Assembly (NCBI RefSeq): GCF_047245525.1 | Contig: NZ_JBKTQL010000005.1 | Source: Eubacterium sp. | GTDB lineage: Bacteria; Bacillota; Clostridia; Lachnospirales; Lachnospiraceae | DNA: 64,000 nt | Reading direction: 5' to 3' (one strand) | Part shown: in pieces, positions 37,638 through 48,843 of the stretch | How positions within the stretch are numbered: position 1 is the first letter of the stretch | Layout of the letters: the number at the start of each line of letters is the position of its first letter | Program-made: the position numbers and the translations under genes | The notes under the pieces: model-generated | What the model saw: only the letters and a program-made list of their open reading frames with translations | Databases searched by the model: none | What the model was told of the DNA's origin: nothing

Positions 37638-39839
37638 CTATTGTAAGTCAAATACCTTTTCGCAAATACGTTTTGCAGCGTTTCCGTCATCTACAGAACA
37701 GAACCTGTTATAGAATTCCTCGTATCTGTCTTTGTATTTCTCCTGTATTTTGTCTATGTTTTTAATTGCATCCATAACTTCGTCATTAGTAAGAAGTAAT
37801 GGTCCCGGCAAATCCTTTTCCATATCCAAATAGAATCCACGAAGTACGTCTCTGTATTTATTCAAGTCATAAGTGTAGTACAAAATTGGTCTTTTAAGAT
37901 TTGCAAAATCAAAGAATACTGATGAATAATCTGTAATCAGAATATCTGAAATTAAATATAAATCAGTAATGTCATCATAGCTGCTTCCATCTACGGTAAA
38001 GTTGCCATACTTTGATAAATCAAGTTTGTCCACAACAAAGTAATGAAGACGAAGTAATAATACGTATTCATCTCCATACAATTCCTGCATACGGTTTACA
38101 TCTAAATCCAAATCAAATCCATACTGTCCTGCTTCATAGAAATTGTCATCCCTCCATGTAGGTGCATAGAGAATAACCTTTTTATCTTCAGGAATTCCCA
38201 ACTTCTTCTTAATCTGTTTAGCCTTTTCTTCTTTATCCGGAGCATACAACGGATCATTTGCAGGATATCCGTATTCCAATATCTTTTCTTTTTCAAATAA
38301 GAAACAACTCTGGAACTTTTCGGTAGAAAACGGATTATCTGACAAAAGATAATCCCATTCTCTTGTCTGCTTATATACAATCTCTTTATATCTTGGATTT
38401 GCTGAATGTACATCATCCATATCAAATACCAGTCTCTTAAGAGGTGTTCCATGCCATGTTGACAACATAATAGTCTCCGGTCTTCTGATAAGACTGAGGG
38501 GCTGTCTCATATTGTTTACCCAGTATTTGCTTCTGTTCATATAGTAGAAATATCTGAGACCCATACGTTTACATTTCTTATGTTTTCCTTCTATTTCTAC
38601 ACCTTTTCTGTCTACAACCCATATATATTTATATTTATTTCCATAGTTTTCCTGAAGATATTTATATATATATTTAGGTTGCCCTGAGCAGTTTCTTCCC
38701 ATGAAGCTTTCGAAAACAATATAATTTTCCTTTAACTTCATTTTGTTAAATACATGAAGAGCAATAGTCTTGTTAAAGACCTTTTTGTTTTCAAACATCT
38801 TTCCTATTTTTCTTACTGCCAGAACCTTAAGAGATGCCTTCTTTACTTTTTCAAAGTCACCTTCTATAAATCTGTCAACAAGCTTTCTGTCGGCCCTGTT
38901 AAAATCATTTCCTTTAAGGGCATGTTTCTTGATGGCCTTTGTATTAAAGCCCCGGGCACATTCTACAAGCCCCTTGTAGTACTCGCCTGCCCAGCGTTCA
39001 TCCTCTGACCATCTTAGTTTATTAACATATTCCTTTGTAATAAACTTCGCCAGAATAAGGTTTAAATGATCTGATAAAACTTTATTGTCTCCTGCCATTT
39101 TGACAGAATTCTTATACGCCACAAAGAAATCCGGCATTGTTTCTTCTCGCGTAAACTGGCTTATGGCCGGATTGTTAAGTTTGTCATTATGATGGCGCTT
39201 AATGTAAACTGCCTCTTCATTGCATTTTATGTTTTTTGCATATTTAAGAGTAGCAATAACAACTAAAGGATCTGCGTAATAAGTCTGTTTCTCATTAAAT
39301 CTGATATTATTATCCGTAAATAACGACTTCTTATATAAAGCTGCAAGTACTGTCAGCTTATCCAGTTTTCTGTATCTCTGAAGTCTGTATTCAATAGGAT
39401 TGTCAAATGCAAATTTATTTAGAAATTCTAACTTTTCTTCATCCTGACTTGCCTGATTTTCGTTATAACCTTCTCTTCTAAACCAGGTATGTTTCATAAC
39501 ACCATATGCCATGTCAGAATCTTCATCCATTACATCTAATAAGTTCTTAATTGTATCCCCGTACAGATAATCATCATTGTCCAGGAAGAAAATATACTCA
39601 CCTGTTGCCTTATCCATACCAAGGTTTCTTGCTGCTGCAACTCCTGACTTATCCTCAAGATAATAAACCTTCAAATTAATGGCATCCTTAAATTCCTCAA
39701 TGATACCATCCATATCATCTTCTGTATGGTCAATAACCAAAACAGTTTCATAATCTTTAAATTCCTGTTCCTTAATACTTTCAAAACAATCTCTTAAATA
39801 AAAAAGATCCCTTTTGTGTGTTACAATAATGCTAACCAT
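37638..39839 (-). CDS. Bifunctional GT2 / CDP-glycerol glycerophosphotransferase (TagF-like), tandem paralog
   Basis: Same architecture and motifs as 35361-37586. Confidence 0.9.
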   Translation of the reverse strand: MVSIIVTHKRDLFYLRDCFESIKEQEFKDYETVLVIDHTEDDMDGIIEEFKDAINLKVYYLEDKSGVAAARNLGMDKATGEYIFFLDNDDYLYGDTIKNLLDVMDEDSDMAYGVMKHTWFRREGYNENQASQDEEKLEFLNKFAFDNPIEYRLQRYRKLDKLTVLAALYKKSLFTDNNIRFNEKQTYYADPLVVIATLKYAKNIKCNEEAVYIKRHHNDKLNNPAISQFTREETMPDFFVAYKNSVKMAGDNKVLSDHLNLILAKFITKEYVNKLRWSEDERWAGEYYKGLVECARGFNTKAIKKHALKGNDFNRADRKLVDRFIEGDFEKVKKASLKVLAVRKIGKMFENKKVFNKTIALHVFNKMKLKENYIVFESFMGRNCSGQPKYIYKYLQENYGNKYKYIWVVDRKGVEIEGKHKKCKRMGLRYFYYMNRSKYWVNNMRQPLSLIRRPETIMLSTWHGTPLKRLVFDMDDVHSANPRYKEIVYKQTREWDYLLSDNPFSTEKFQSCFLFEKEKILEYGYPANDPLYAPDKEEKAKQIKKKLGIPEDKKVILYAPTWRDDNFYEAGQYGFDLDLDVNRMQELYGDEYVLLLRLHYFVVDKLDLSKYGNFTVDGSSYDDITDLYLISDILITDYSSVFFDFANLKRPILYYTYDLNKYRDVLRGFYLDMEKDLPGPLLLTNDEVMDAIKNIDKIQEKYKDRYEEFYNRFCSVDDGNAAKRICEKVFDLQ

Positions 39840-39842
39840 GGA

Positions 39843-40259
39843 TTATTTATCTCCCTTAGTACTTAAATCTTTGCTGTTTAAATCTGTTTTAATCTGTGTT
39901 GTTGAAATACCTTCTGTTCTAGGAAGATAAACAACTTCACAATAATCCTTAAGGAAGTCAAACTTGCCTTCCCAGTCACTTCCCATAACGAAAGTGTCAA
40001 TCTTGTAATCCTGAACGTCTGAAATTTTCTGATCCCAGTTTTCTTCAGGAATAACAAGGTCTACATATCTTATAGCCTCTAAAACCTGCTTTCTTTCTTC
40101 GTAAGTAAAGTAGCATTTTTTCTGCTTTGAATTCCAGTTAAATTCATCTGTTGATAATACAACAACAAGATAATCTCCTAATTCCTTTGCTCTTCTTAAT
40201 AAGTTAATATGTCCATAGTGCAACATATCAAATGTTCCATAAGTAATTACTCTCTTCAT
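39843..40259 (-). CDS. tagD: Glycerol-3-phosphate cytidylyltransferase
   Basis: MKRVITYGTFD.LHYGH, RTEGISTT. Confidence 0.95.
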   Translation of the reverse strand: MKRVITYGTFDMLHYGHINLLRRAKELGDYLVVVLSTDEFNWNSKQKKCYFTYEERKQVLEAIRYVDLVIPEENWDQKISDVQDYKIDTFVMGSDWEGKFDFLKDYCEVVYLPRTEGISTTQIKTDLNSKDLSTKGDK

Positions 40260-40281
40260 TTTATTTCCTCCTAATAGCTTT

Positions 40282-42717
40282 CTATTTTGAAATTGCCTGT
40301 TCAAATTCATTAATAGCTTCTTTATTATACTGTCTTGGATCAAATTTGCAGGTTGGAACTTCCCCCTTTGCAAACGCCCTTAACCCTTCTAGTATAGCCT
40401 CTTGTGTTGATTTAATCAAATATTGTCCATTTTCCATAAGGCTGTCCTCAACAGACGAGAAGTCTGACACAACAATTGGAAGCCCTACAATCCTTGCTTC
40501 TAAAAGAACCATAGGCTGTCCTTCGTACACTGAAGGCAATATGAAACAGGAACATTTACTCATTAATGTAAATGGATTTAAAAGGTTTCCTGTCAGCACA
40601 ACCCTGTCCTTAATTCCCAGTCTTTCTATCTCACCTTCAACATCTTCCTGAAGGGGACCCTGACCGATAATATACAATTTACTCTTTGGATACTCTTTCA
40701 AATATTCTCCAAAAGCTCTCACCAGATTTTTATGATTCTTCTCCGGTGACAGTCTTCCCATCGTAACAAAATTAATTTCTTCCGGATTAGGTTCTTCAAA
40801 TCCTTCATATTGACAGCCCTCTTCCAGACAGTCATAAACCCTCTGAAAATTAATAGTGTTTTTTGCATAGGAAAATTTATCTTTTATGTTAGGTTTACAT
40901 AAATTCTTATAATTAACTTCCATTACGGAATGACTACAGGAAACCAGTCTGTCCCATCTTGGATATGTGTTAAAAATCAATGCCATTTTTTTCTTTAAAG
41001 GCTTTTTATGATTTACTTTTCTGTTTTGGTCTGCAATCAAATCATTGTGCTGCCAGATAGCCTTTGTTTTACTTTTTATTTCAGGAAGCACCCATGCCAT
41101 TATAGGTGAATATCCGCAAAACTCAACTACAGAATCAAATTCAGCATTTCCAACCATTCTCTTAGCCTGACGCTTAAAGTATTTTTCAGGAAGTATCCTT
41201 CCAAATATTCCCTTTGCATTAAATGCCATTCCAATAATCAATCTTATTAATTCTGTTTTCTTTGCAAAAATATAATTTGTTCTGACAAGAACCCTTACAT
41301 TCTCGTTTACTTCATTTATTCTTATTACCTGATCCGGTGCCACAGCCTCATAGAAATAAGCTGTCACATCATATCTGTCATAATCTATATTGTTAAGAAG
41401 ACTTAAGAAAGAATGAGTGATTCCATTCTGTAACGCTCTTCCAAGAGAAATAAATATCTTTTTCTTTTCGGTTTTTGTGCTAATAATATTTACCTGAGAA
41501 AAATCTCCCTCAAAGATTGCCTTTACAATTCTCTTTGCTACATTGCCGTCATCATATTTACAAAACTCTTCTTTTATGTTTTTGTAATTTGCTCTCTTTG
41601 CTGCCACAGAAATTTCCGGCTCCTTTAACCATTCACAAAGTTTTTCTACATCATCTGTTGCAGGACCCGGAAGCTTATCTATATCCATATACATTCCACG
41701 TTCCCTATTGTAATCCTGCAGGTCAGGAATGTAGAACATTATAGGTCTGTCCGTTACAAGGAAATCAAAGAATATACTTGAGTAGTCGGAAATAAGAACA
41801 TCTACCGCACTAAGCAGTTCGTTAGTATCAAAGGTAGGACTTATAATCTTTCCTTTTAGTATTCCCGTGTTGTTCTTTAACTGATTGTAAACTGCCTGAT
41901 GTGGTTTTATAAGAAGTTGCACGCTTTCTCCCGCAATCTCGTTAACCTTCAGGCACACATTTTCAAACTGTTCTATATCGGCCTTAGGCTCGTTAAAGTT
42001 CTCGCCTTTCCATGTTGGTGCATATAACACTATCTTCTTGTCTTTTTCTACATTAATGCCCTTTTGTCTCAGACTCTCAGTTACATCACTTCTCTTTGAA
42101 TTAAAAATAGTATCTGTTCTCGCCTGACCGGTCTCAATTATCTTTCCTTCAAAAATTCCGTCTAACTTATATGCCTTTGTGTACATATTTGTGTGATGAG
42201 CATCAGGAGATAAAAGGTAACTTGCCTGAAGAAAATTTCTTTCAGTATTTGCTACAGATATATTTCCGTTTGGCATATCATATCCCATATGTTTCAGGGG
42301 GATTCCATGCCATGTGTTAATGTATATCTGCCCCTCTTTCCTTGTAAAACATGCCGGAAAAGTACTGTTATTTATAAGATATTTTGCACTTGCCAGATAT
42401 CTGTAATACTCCCGGCTTTTTATTTTTACAAACTTAACATTTCCCTTTAAATCATATTTTTCAAAATTATCACGCCACTCTTCTTTATTATCATATACCC
42501 ACACATGAATATACTTTTTGTCAGCAAGTAACTCATTAAAAATTGCCTTCGGTCCACATGTCATTCCTTTTCCATAAAAAGATTCATAAAGAATGACATT
42601 GTCCTCTATCCTGCATTTTTCGTAGTACTTTGCGTAAGGGCTGAGAAAAATATAGTTCTTTGCCACTCTGGCAAGCTTGTTCTTTTTTAACTTATTTTTT
42701 ATTCCTGAAATATTCAT
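40282..42717 (-). CDS. CDP-glycerol glycerophosphotransferase fused to a GT4 glycosyltransferase
   Basis: WHGIPLK, YAPTW, SDYSS; C-terminal GRL.PEKN and YEGQPMVLLEA. Confidence 0.88.
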   Translation of the reverse strand: MNISGIKNKLKKNKLARVAKNYIFLSPYAKYYEKCRIEDNVILYESFYGKGMTCGPKAIFNELLADKKYIHVWVYDNKEEWRDNFEKYDLKGNVKFVKIKSREYYRYLASAKYLINNSTFPACFTRKEGQIYINTWHGIPLKHMGYDMPNGNISVANTERNFLQASYLLSPDAHHTNMYTKAYKLDGIFEGKIIETGQARTDTIFNSKRSDVTESLRQKGINVEKDKKIVLYAPTWKGENFNEPKADIEQFENVCLKVNEIAGESVQLLIKPHQAVYNQLKNNTGILKGKIISPTFDTNELLSAVDVLISDYSSIFFDFLVTDRPIMFYIPDLQDYNRERGMYMDIDKLPGPATDDVEKLCEWLKEPEISVAAKRANYKNIKEEFCKYDDGNVAKRIVKAIFEGDFSQVNIISTKTEKKKIFISLGRALQNGITHSFLSLLNNIDYDRYDVTAYFYEAVAPDQVIRINEVNENVRVLVRTNYIFAKKTELIRLIIGMAFNAKGIFGRILPEKYFKRQAKRMVGNAEFDSVVEFCGYSPIMAWVLPEIKSKTKAIWQHNDLIADQNRKVNHKKPLKKKMALIFNTYPRWDRLVSCSHSVMEVNYKNLCKPNIKDKFSYAKNTINFQRVYDCLEEGCQYEGFEEPNPEEINFVTMGRLSPEKNHKNLVRAFGEYLKEYPKSKLYIIGQGPLQEDVEGEIERLGIKDRVVLTGNLLNPFTLMSKCSCFILPSVYEGQPMVLLEARIVGLPIVVSDFSSVEDSLMENGQYLIKSTQEAILEGLRAFAKGEVPTCKFDPRQYNKEAINEFEQAISK

Positions 42718-42725
42718 ATTAATTC

Positions 42726-43838
42726 CTATCCAAAAACTCTTTTTGCTATTCTCTCTGCGCTGTTTCCATCTCTGTAGGTATTAACCTTTCGGTTAACTTC
42801 TGCCCGCTCTTTCTTATATAAATCCCTATCATTGTAAATATCATCAACAAACTTTTCTATATCTTCAAGGCTGTTAATTTCCATTCCCGGCATATATTCC
42901 TTTGGATTTTCAAAAACAAATCCACGTTTATTCTCATATGTGGATATATCATCTATTGCAAAACCTATAGGTCTGTCTAAAAGCAAATAATCAAAATATA
43001 CCGAAGAATAATCAGTAATTAACCCATCTGCATTTCTAAGCAGCGTATATACCGTAAATCTTTTTTCTTCTATATCCTTTTGGGACATAAATTCAATATT
43101 TGAAAATCTCTCTGCTTCTCCGGCACTTTGCAAAGGATGAAGCTTAACTATAAGTCTTATGTCCTTTTCTGCCAATACTTCATTTAGTTCATTAAGCTGA
43201 CTGCTGTTTAATATGGAAATAACGAAATCATCATTGTACTCTCTATAAGTAGGAAGCCACAAAATCACCTTTTTGCTTTTTCCTTTTATCAGTTCATCAG
43301 TTTTTTTGTCATTTAAAAATAACTCGTCATTTCTCGGATTACCAAGAACTTCTACATTATTTTCACTACAGCCAAATATTTTTGCCATTATGGGCCTGTA
43401 CATTTCCGATGCTGTCACTACAAAGGTAAAGAAATTATAATCTATGTTTTTCAATGCCGGTTCCAGATTTCCTATTTTCTTTAATGGGGTTCCGTGCCAT
43501 AAGTTAACTACTGTCTGACTTTTCGCCGGTTTAATGGGATACTTTCCAAAACAGTAAAAAGCGTATTTTGCCTTCATAAAAGTTTTTATTCCCGGTTTGT
43601 TAGCCATAAAAACCACATTCTCAGGAGCATTACTTTCATACTTCATGTAGTCATTTACGCTTACTGCTATTTTATATTTTTTGTTATATCCCCTTTCAAT
43701 AAGATAATCATAGAAAGCCTTAACATTATCTCTAAATCCAAGGTTTGAATAAAAGAATATTAAATTTTCATCTTTCTTTATAATCTTATTAAGCAGGGTA
43801 AGAGGCTTAAAAAAGATTTTCAATATTGCCTTTTTCAT
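42726..43838 (-). CDS. CDP-glycerol glycerophosphotransferase family (TagB/TagF)
   Basis: WHGTPLK, GNPRND, LPTYR, KLHP, TDYSS. Confidence 0.88.
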   Translation of the reverse strand: MKKAILKIFFKPLTLLNKIIKKDENLIFFYSNLGFRDNVKAFYDYLIERGYNKKYKIAVSVNDYMKYESNAPENVVFMANKPGIKTFMKAKYAFYCFGKYPIKPAKSQTVVNLWHGTPLKKIGNLEPALKNIDYNFFTFVVTASEMYRPIMAKIFGCSENNVEVLGNPRNDELFLNDKKTDELIKGKSKKVILWLPTYREYNDDFVISILNSSQLNELNEVLAEKDIRLIVKLHPLQSAGEAERFSNIEFMSQKDIEEKRFTVYTLLRNADGLITDYSSVYFDYLLLDRPIGFAIDDISTYENKRGFVFENPKEYMPGMEINSLEDIEKFVDDIYNDRDLYKKERAEVNRKVNTYRDGNSAERIAKRVFG

Positions 43839-43854
43839 TGATTTGTCTTTGCTG

Positions 43855-44679
43855 TTAGTTTGCCTTTCTTAGTAGTTTTGAATAAATCTTCTCACGAATG
43901 CCATTAGGTATAATGCTTACAACTGCATGTCCAAGAACTCCCACAAGGAAATCCTTCTCACCTATAAAACCTATCTTTTTCAGATGTTTCTTAAACCTGT
44001 ATATGCATCCTACATAAGAAAATCCACCACGTCTTTTATACATTTCTTCCCCGCCTCTCATATAAAGCAGATTCTCCTGAATATTGTACCCTTTATATCC
44101 CATATTCAACATGGTTGCCCATAAATTATAATCCTCGAAAAATCTGTAATCCTCGTAAAATCCTGCAGCAATAACTGCCGATTTTTTATACATAATAGTC
44201 GGGTGATTAAAGGGACTTCTTTTCTTTGCAAATGTTATGATGTCTTCATTCTTTTCCGGAACAATTCTACTGTTTCCCGTATTATTTATATTGCCAACAA
44301 ACTCTATTATATTGGCTCCCACAATGTCTGCTTTTTTCTCATTTATTGCAGCTATCTGTTTCTCTATTCTGTCCGGGGCGCTTATGTCATCACTGTCCAT
44401 TCTGGCAATCAATTCATTTTTGCACTGCAAAATTCCGTTGTTTAAAGCCTTAGCCAATCCCATATTTCTTGAAAGTCTGTATACAGTGAATAAGCCTGAA
44501 TATGTTTTTACATAATCTGCAATAACTTTATCCAGGCCTTCCGTAAGGGGACCATCACACACAATAACAAAATCATCTGTTTTCACAGTCTGATTAAGTA
44601 TACTGTCTATGGCCTCCTTTAAATATTCAGGTTTTTCTTTATAATAAACTGACATTAATACCGAGTAATTGTCTGTCAT
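43855..44679 (-). CDS. GT2 glycosyltransferase
   Basis: YSVLMSVY.KE, ARMDSDDI, NHP, EDY.LW. Confidence 0.88.
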   Translation of the reverse strand: MTDNYSVLMSVYYKEKPEYLKEAIDSILNQTVKTDDFVIVCDGPLTEGLDKVIADYVKTYSGLFTVYRLSRNMGLAKALNNGILQCKNELIARMDSDDISAPDRIEKQIAAINEKKADIVGANIIEFVGNINNTGNSRIVPEKNEDIITFAKKRSPFNHPTIMYKKSAVIAAGFYEDYRFFEDYNLWATMLNMGYKGYNIQENLLYMRGGEEMYKRRGGFSYVGCIYRFKKHLKKIGFIGEKDFLVGVLGHAVVSIIPNGIREKIYSKLLRKAN

Positions 44680-44688
44680 ATATACCAC

Positions 44689-46050
44689 CTATTTCTTTTC
44701 AATAATTGCTGTCTTTTGATTTTCATTTACACCCTCAGTATTTTCCTTTATAAACATTATCTTAAATGTCATAAGAATTAATTGGATGTCTGTCCACACT
44801 TTGTAGTGCTGGATATAATATAAATCAAGTTTAAGCTTGTCATAAGGTGTTGTGTTATATTTTCCATAAACTTGTGCATAACCTGTAAGTCCTGCTTTTA
44901 CTTTCAGTCTAAAGCAAAACTCAGGAATGCTTTCTTCATATTCTTTAGCTATTTCCGGTCTTTCAGGTCTCGGTCCTACAACCGACATCTGTCCTGCCAA
45001 TATATTAAATACCTGTGGCAGTTCATCTAAATGAGTTGCACGTAATACCTTACCAACCTTTGTTACTCTGGAATCATTTTTCGATGCAAGTCTGGCTCCT
45101 TCAGTTTCTGAATTAACTTTCATGCTTCTGAACTTAAGTATTTTAAATACCTTGCCATCCTTTGTAAGTCTTGGCTGTGTGTAGAAAATAGGTCCTCTGT
45201 CCCAAATCAAATCACCAATAGCTACTAATATAGTGATGATAATTGTCGGTACACACAAAATAAGTGCAATAACAATATCAAGTAATCTCTTAACTGTTGC
45301 CTGCTCCCACTTAAGACCTCTAATCTTAGTAACCAGTAGCGGTGAGTCAAAGAGATTGTTCTGCTCAGATCCAATTATAATGATGTCTGAAAGTTTTGGT
45401 GTGATGTATGCTCTCTTGTTATGCATATAGCAGAACTTAATTATTGCATTACGTCTGCCACTTGGAATATCGCATAAGAGAACTGCCTGATGTTTCAGAA
45501 TAGCATCTTTTAATTTTGAATCTTCCGTATCACAATGTATAGAATCTTTAATATTATATTTATCTTGTCTTGTTTCTATCTTCTTAACAAGGTTGTCCGG
45601 ATCTCTGTCACTGTATATAAGAAGTAACTCCCTTGGCGGATACAGCCATTTATATACAGCCATGGCAATTCCACACCAAACAAGACAACAGAGAATATTG
45701 TCAAAACTCATTCCAATAAGAGGTGCCGGATTAACCAGTTCCAATGAAAGCATTGATATCTGAAGATACATAATAAAATTGGTAAACAACAGTGCAAGCA
45801 ATTGTGAAAATACCAAATTAGAATACTGTAATCTTCCTAATTTAAAAGCACCGTAAACATTGCCAAAAAGTGTAAACAACAATGCATACACAAACAGCAA
45901 TACCATATGACCCCTGAAGAAAAATTCTCTTGTCATTCCTTCGCTGTAATGATGATTCCAGAAATACCAAAATATCATTGTCTGTACGGTTATTACTATA
46001 GCCAACAATAACAACACTATTATTCTTCTAAATGCTCTTGATTGTTTCAT
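44689..46050 (-). CDS. Polyprenyl-phosphate priming sugar transferase (WcaJ/CpsE-type)
   Basis: KRLLDI, KFRSM, LDELPQ, GPRPERP, GLTG.AQV. Confidence 0.92.
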   Translation of the reverse strand: MKQSRAFRRIIVLLLLAIVITVQTMIFWYFWNHHYSEGMTREFFFRGHMVLLFVYALLFTLFGNVYGAFKLGRLQYSNLVFSQLLALLFTNFIMYLQISMLSLELVNPAPLIGMSFDNILCCLVWCGIAMAVYKWLYPPRELLLIYSDRDPDNLVKKIETRQDKYNIKDSIHCDTEDSKLKDAILKHQAVLLCDIPSGRRNAIIKFCYMHNKRAYITPKLSDIIIIGSEQNNLFDSPLLVTKIRGLKWEQATVKRLLDIVIALILCVPTIIITILVAIGDLIWDRGPIFYTQPRLTKDGKVFKILKFRSMKVNSETEGARLASKNDSRVTKVGKVLRATHLDELPQVFNILAGQMSVVGPRPERPEIAKEYEESIPEFCFRLKVKAGLTGYAQVYGKYNTTPYDKLKLDLYYIQHYKVWTDIQLILMTFKIMFIKENTEGVNENQKTAIIEKK

Positions 46051-46248
46051 TTTGTCTCCTATAACACATAAGCTGGCTTGCGATATTTCGTAAACACAAC
46101 ACCAGCTCATAAACTACCACTAATTTTACCAAAGCCACTAATATTTGTCAATTAATGAGCGAATCCGTAGCAATTGTCAAGTTTATTCCACTCTTTGTTT
46201 TTTTTTTATTATGTAGTATAATTAGCACCATATTATAAGGAGGTACTT

Positions 46249-47619
46249 ATGAGTAAAAATAAGAAATCATCAGATATCAAGAAGGGGTACTATGGATACA
46301 GTTCTGAATCCGGTTCTACATCCAAGAAAAAATCAAACTCTAAGGTTGCTAAAGTGTTGGGAATTATTTTTGTGATTCTTCAGTTAGCAGCTTCTGTTGG
46401 ATTTGTGGCACTTCTTTTAACTAAGAATCTTGCCTTTGTTACTCCGGGCATACTGGCAGGCTCCATTGCAGTACTTATAGTATTGCTGGCTCTTGTTTTA
46501 TTTATGCTACAAAAAAGTAAGAAAGCACAAATCGGAGGGAATGTTATTTCTGTTATAGTTATAATCGTTCTTTTGGTTTTAATGTATTTATTGTCCCCAA
46601 ATTTAGATAAATTTACAACAGGAAAGAAATTATCAAAGAAACCTTTTGCAGTTTTTGTATCAGCGGCTGACACATTTGGACAATTCGACGACAAAACGCT
46701 GACTCGTTCAGATACTAACCTTATTGCAATTGTAAATCCTAAACAGCACAATTTATTACTTGTTTCTACACCTAGAGACTACTATGTTCCTGTTCAGGCA
46801 AAAGCTGTTGCAAAAGAAAAAGCCGGTTCTTACAGTTCTTACGACAAGTTAACTCACGTAGGTTTATACGGAAACGGTACTGCAACAAACAGCAGCGGAC
46901 AGTCTGTTACAGCCTCTGACTGGCAGTGGGCTCAGGAAGTTACGTGGAATCCGGGTTACACCGCTCTTATGGACACCTTGAAGCATTTATATAATTTCAA
47001 TGTTACAAATAAGGATTACCATTATGTAAAGATTAACTTTACGGGATTTGCCGATTTAATTGATGCATTAGGCGGTATTGATGTTAATGTTGACATTCCA
47101 TTTTCAACCAAAACTTATGCAACATATTCAAAAGTAAGTCCTGAACGTAAAACATATAAATACACCAAAGGCAAAATGGAAATGGACGGTGCTACCGCAT
47201 TGACATATGCCCGTGAAAGACATTCTTTCGGAAGCGGTGACATGACAAGAAATAAGAATCAGGTTAAAGTTCTGAAAGCAATTGAGAAGAAGCTTATGAG
47301 TGGTTCAACTTTACTTCATTACAATAGTGTTCTTGATGCAGTAAAGAACAGTTTCACAACTGATATGGATATTTCTTCTTCTGTGGGATTGTTACAGGAT
47401 GCAGGAAGCGATGGTTGGAACATTATGTCATTCAGCGTTATCGGAACACCTTCACGTCAGATTCTTACTTATAACGGATTGTCAAAATCAGTTGTACTTC
47501 AGGATGCGGACTCAATTGCCCGTGCAACAAAACTTATGAATATGACCCTTGAAGGCAAGACTGCTGATGAAATAAAAAAACAGATAAAAACATATAATAA
47601 AGAGCAGGCATATCAGTAA
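46249..47619 (+). CDS. LCP (LytR-CpsA-Psr) family protein
   Basis: 3 TMs; RSDTN, STPRDYY, DKLTH, AL.YARER, RNKNQ. Confidence 0.9.
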   Translation: MSKNKKSSDIKKGYYGYSSESGSTSKKKSNSKVAKVLGIIFVILQLAASVGFVALLLTKNLAFVTPGILAGSIAVLIVLLALVLFMLQKSKKAQIGGNVISVIVIIVLLVLMYLLSPNLDKFTTGKKLSKKPFAVFVSAADTFGQFDDKTLTRSDTNLIAIVNPKQHNLLLVSTPRDYYVPVQAKAVAKEKAGSYSSYDKLTHVGLYGNGTATNSSGQSVTASDWQWAQEVTWNPGYTALMDTLKHLYNFNVTNKDYHYVKINFTGFADLIDALGGIDVNVDIPFSTKTYATYSKVSPERKTYKYTKGKMEMDGATALTYARERHSFGSGDMTRNKNQVKVLKAIEKKLMSGSTLLHYNSVLDAVKNSFTTDMDISSSVGLLQDAGSDGWNIMSFSVIGTPSRQILTYNGLSKSVVLQDADSIARATKLMNMTLEGKTADEIKKQIKTYNKEQAYQ

Positions 47620-47667
47620 AAGATATGCCCCGCCTTTTATTAGTAACTATAAAGGAGACTTACATAT

Positions 47668-48729
47668 ATGAAAAAGATTATTTTAACCGGTGGCGGAACT
47701 GCAGGTCATGTAACACCTAACATTGCACTGGTTCCAAAGCTAAAGGAAGCCGGATATGAAATCAAATATATTGGTTCTGATGGTGGAATGGAAACTGAAT
47801 TAGTAAAGAAAGCCGGACTTGACTACGTAGGCATTTCTTCCGGAAAGCTCAGAAGATATTTTAGCTGGAAGAATTTTTCCGACCCATTCAGAGTATTAAA
47901 AGGATATTTTCAGGCTAAGAAGATTGTTAAGAAATTCAAGCCTGATATAGTTTTTTCAAAGGGCGGCTTTGTAACAGTTCCTGTTGTCTATGCAGCAGCA
48001 AAGTACAAAATTCCTGTAATTATTCATGAATCAGATATGACTCCCGGTCTTGCAAACAGACTTGCAATTAAAAAGGCCACAAAGGTTTGTCATAACTTCC
48101 CTGAAACTGCTGCTCATTTAGGTGAAAAAGCCGTTCATACCGGTTCTCCTATCAGAGCTGAACTTTTTAGTGGAAACAAAATAACGGCACTGAACATGTG
48201 CGGCTTTGATTCAAATAAACCTGTAATTATGGTTACCGGTGGAAGCCTTGGTGCCGAAAATGTAAATAAATTAGTAAGAAAGGCTCTGCCTGAATTACTT
48301 AAAGATTTTCAGCTTGCCCATTTATGCGGCAAAGGCAAGCTTGATGAGTCATTAGTTGGAACAAAAGGCTACGCCCAGTTTGAATACATCAGCGATGAGA
48401 TGAAAGATTTCTTTGCCATGGCAGATATTATTATATCCCGTGCCGGAGCCAATTCAATCTGCGAAATCTCCGCCCTCAAGAAACCAAACATTCTTATTCC
48501 TCTTTCTGCACACGCCAGCCGTGGGGATCAGATTTTAAATGCAAAGTCTTATGCAAAGCAGGGATTTAGTGAAGTTCTTGACGAAGATGTTGCTACAGCC
48601 GATGACTTAATCAATACTGTCCACAAGGTATATGACAACCGTCAGTCCTACATTGATGCAATGTCAAAATCAGCCGGAACCGGTGGTGTTGAAAAAATTG
48701 TAGATTTAATAAAGCAGTTAAGTAAATAG
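47668..48729 (+). CDS. murG: UDP-GlcNAc:lipid I GlcNAc transferase
   Basis: [36 protein letters not shown]. Confidence 0.95.
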   Translation: MKKIILTGGGTAGHVTPNIALVPKLKEAGYEIKYIGSDGGMETELVKKAGLDYVGISSGKLRRYFSWKNFSDPFRVLKGYFQAKKIVKKFKPDIVFSKGGFVTVPVVYAAAKYKIPVIIHESDMTPGLANRLAIKKATKVCHNFPETAAHLGEKAVHTGSPIRAELFSGNKITALNMCGFDSNKPVIMVTGGSLGAENVNKLVRKALPELLKDFQLAHLCGKGKLDESLVGTKGYAQFEYISDEMKDFFAMADIIISRAGANSICEISALKKPNILIPLSAHASRGDQILNAKSYAKQGFSEVLDEDVATADDLINTVHKVYDNRQSYIDAMSKSAGTGGVEKIVDLIKQLSK

Positions 48730-48764
48730 AAGTGAAGCTTAGTTAATAAAAAATTTTCATTATA

Positions 48765-48810
48765 AAGAAGTCCTCCATTTTCTGGTTAATCAGAAAATGA
48801 AGGACTTTTT
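48765..48810. terminator. Terminator-like hairpin after murG
   Basis: AAGTCCTCCATTTTCTG...CAGAAAATGAAGGACTTTTT. Confidence 0.75.
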
Positions 48811-48843
48811 GATATGATTTACGTGAAAAATAATTGATATATG

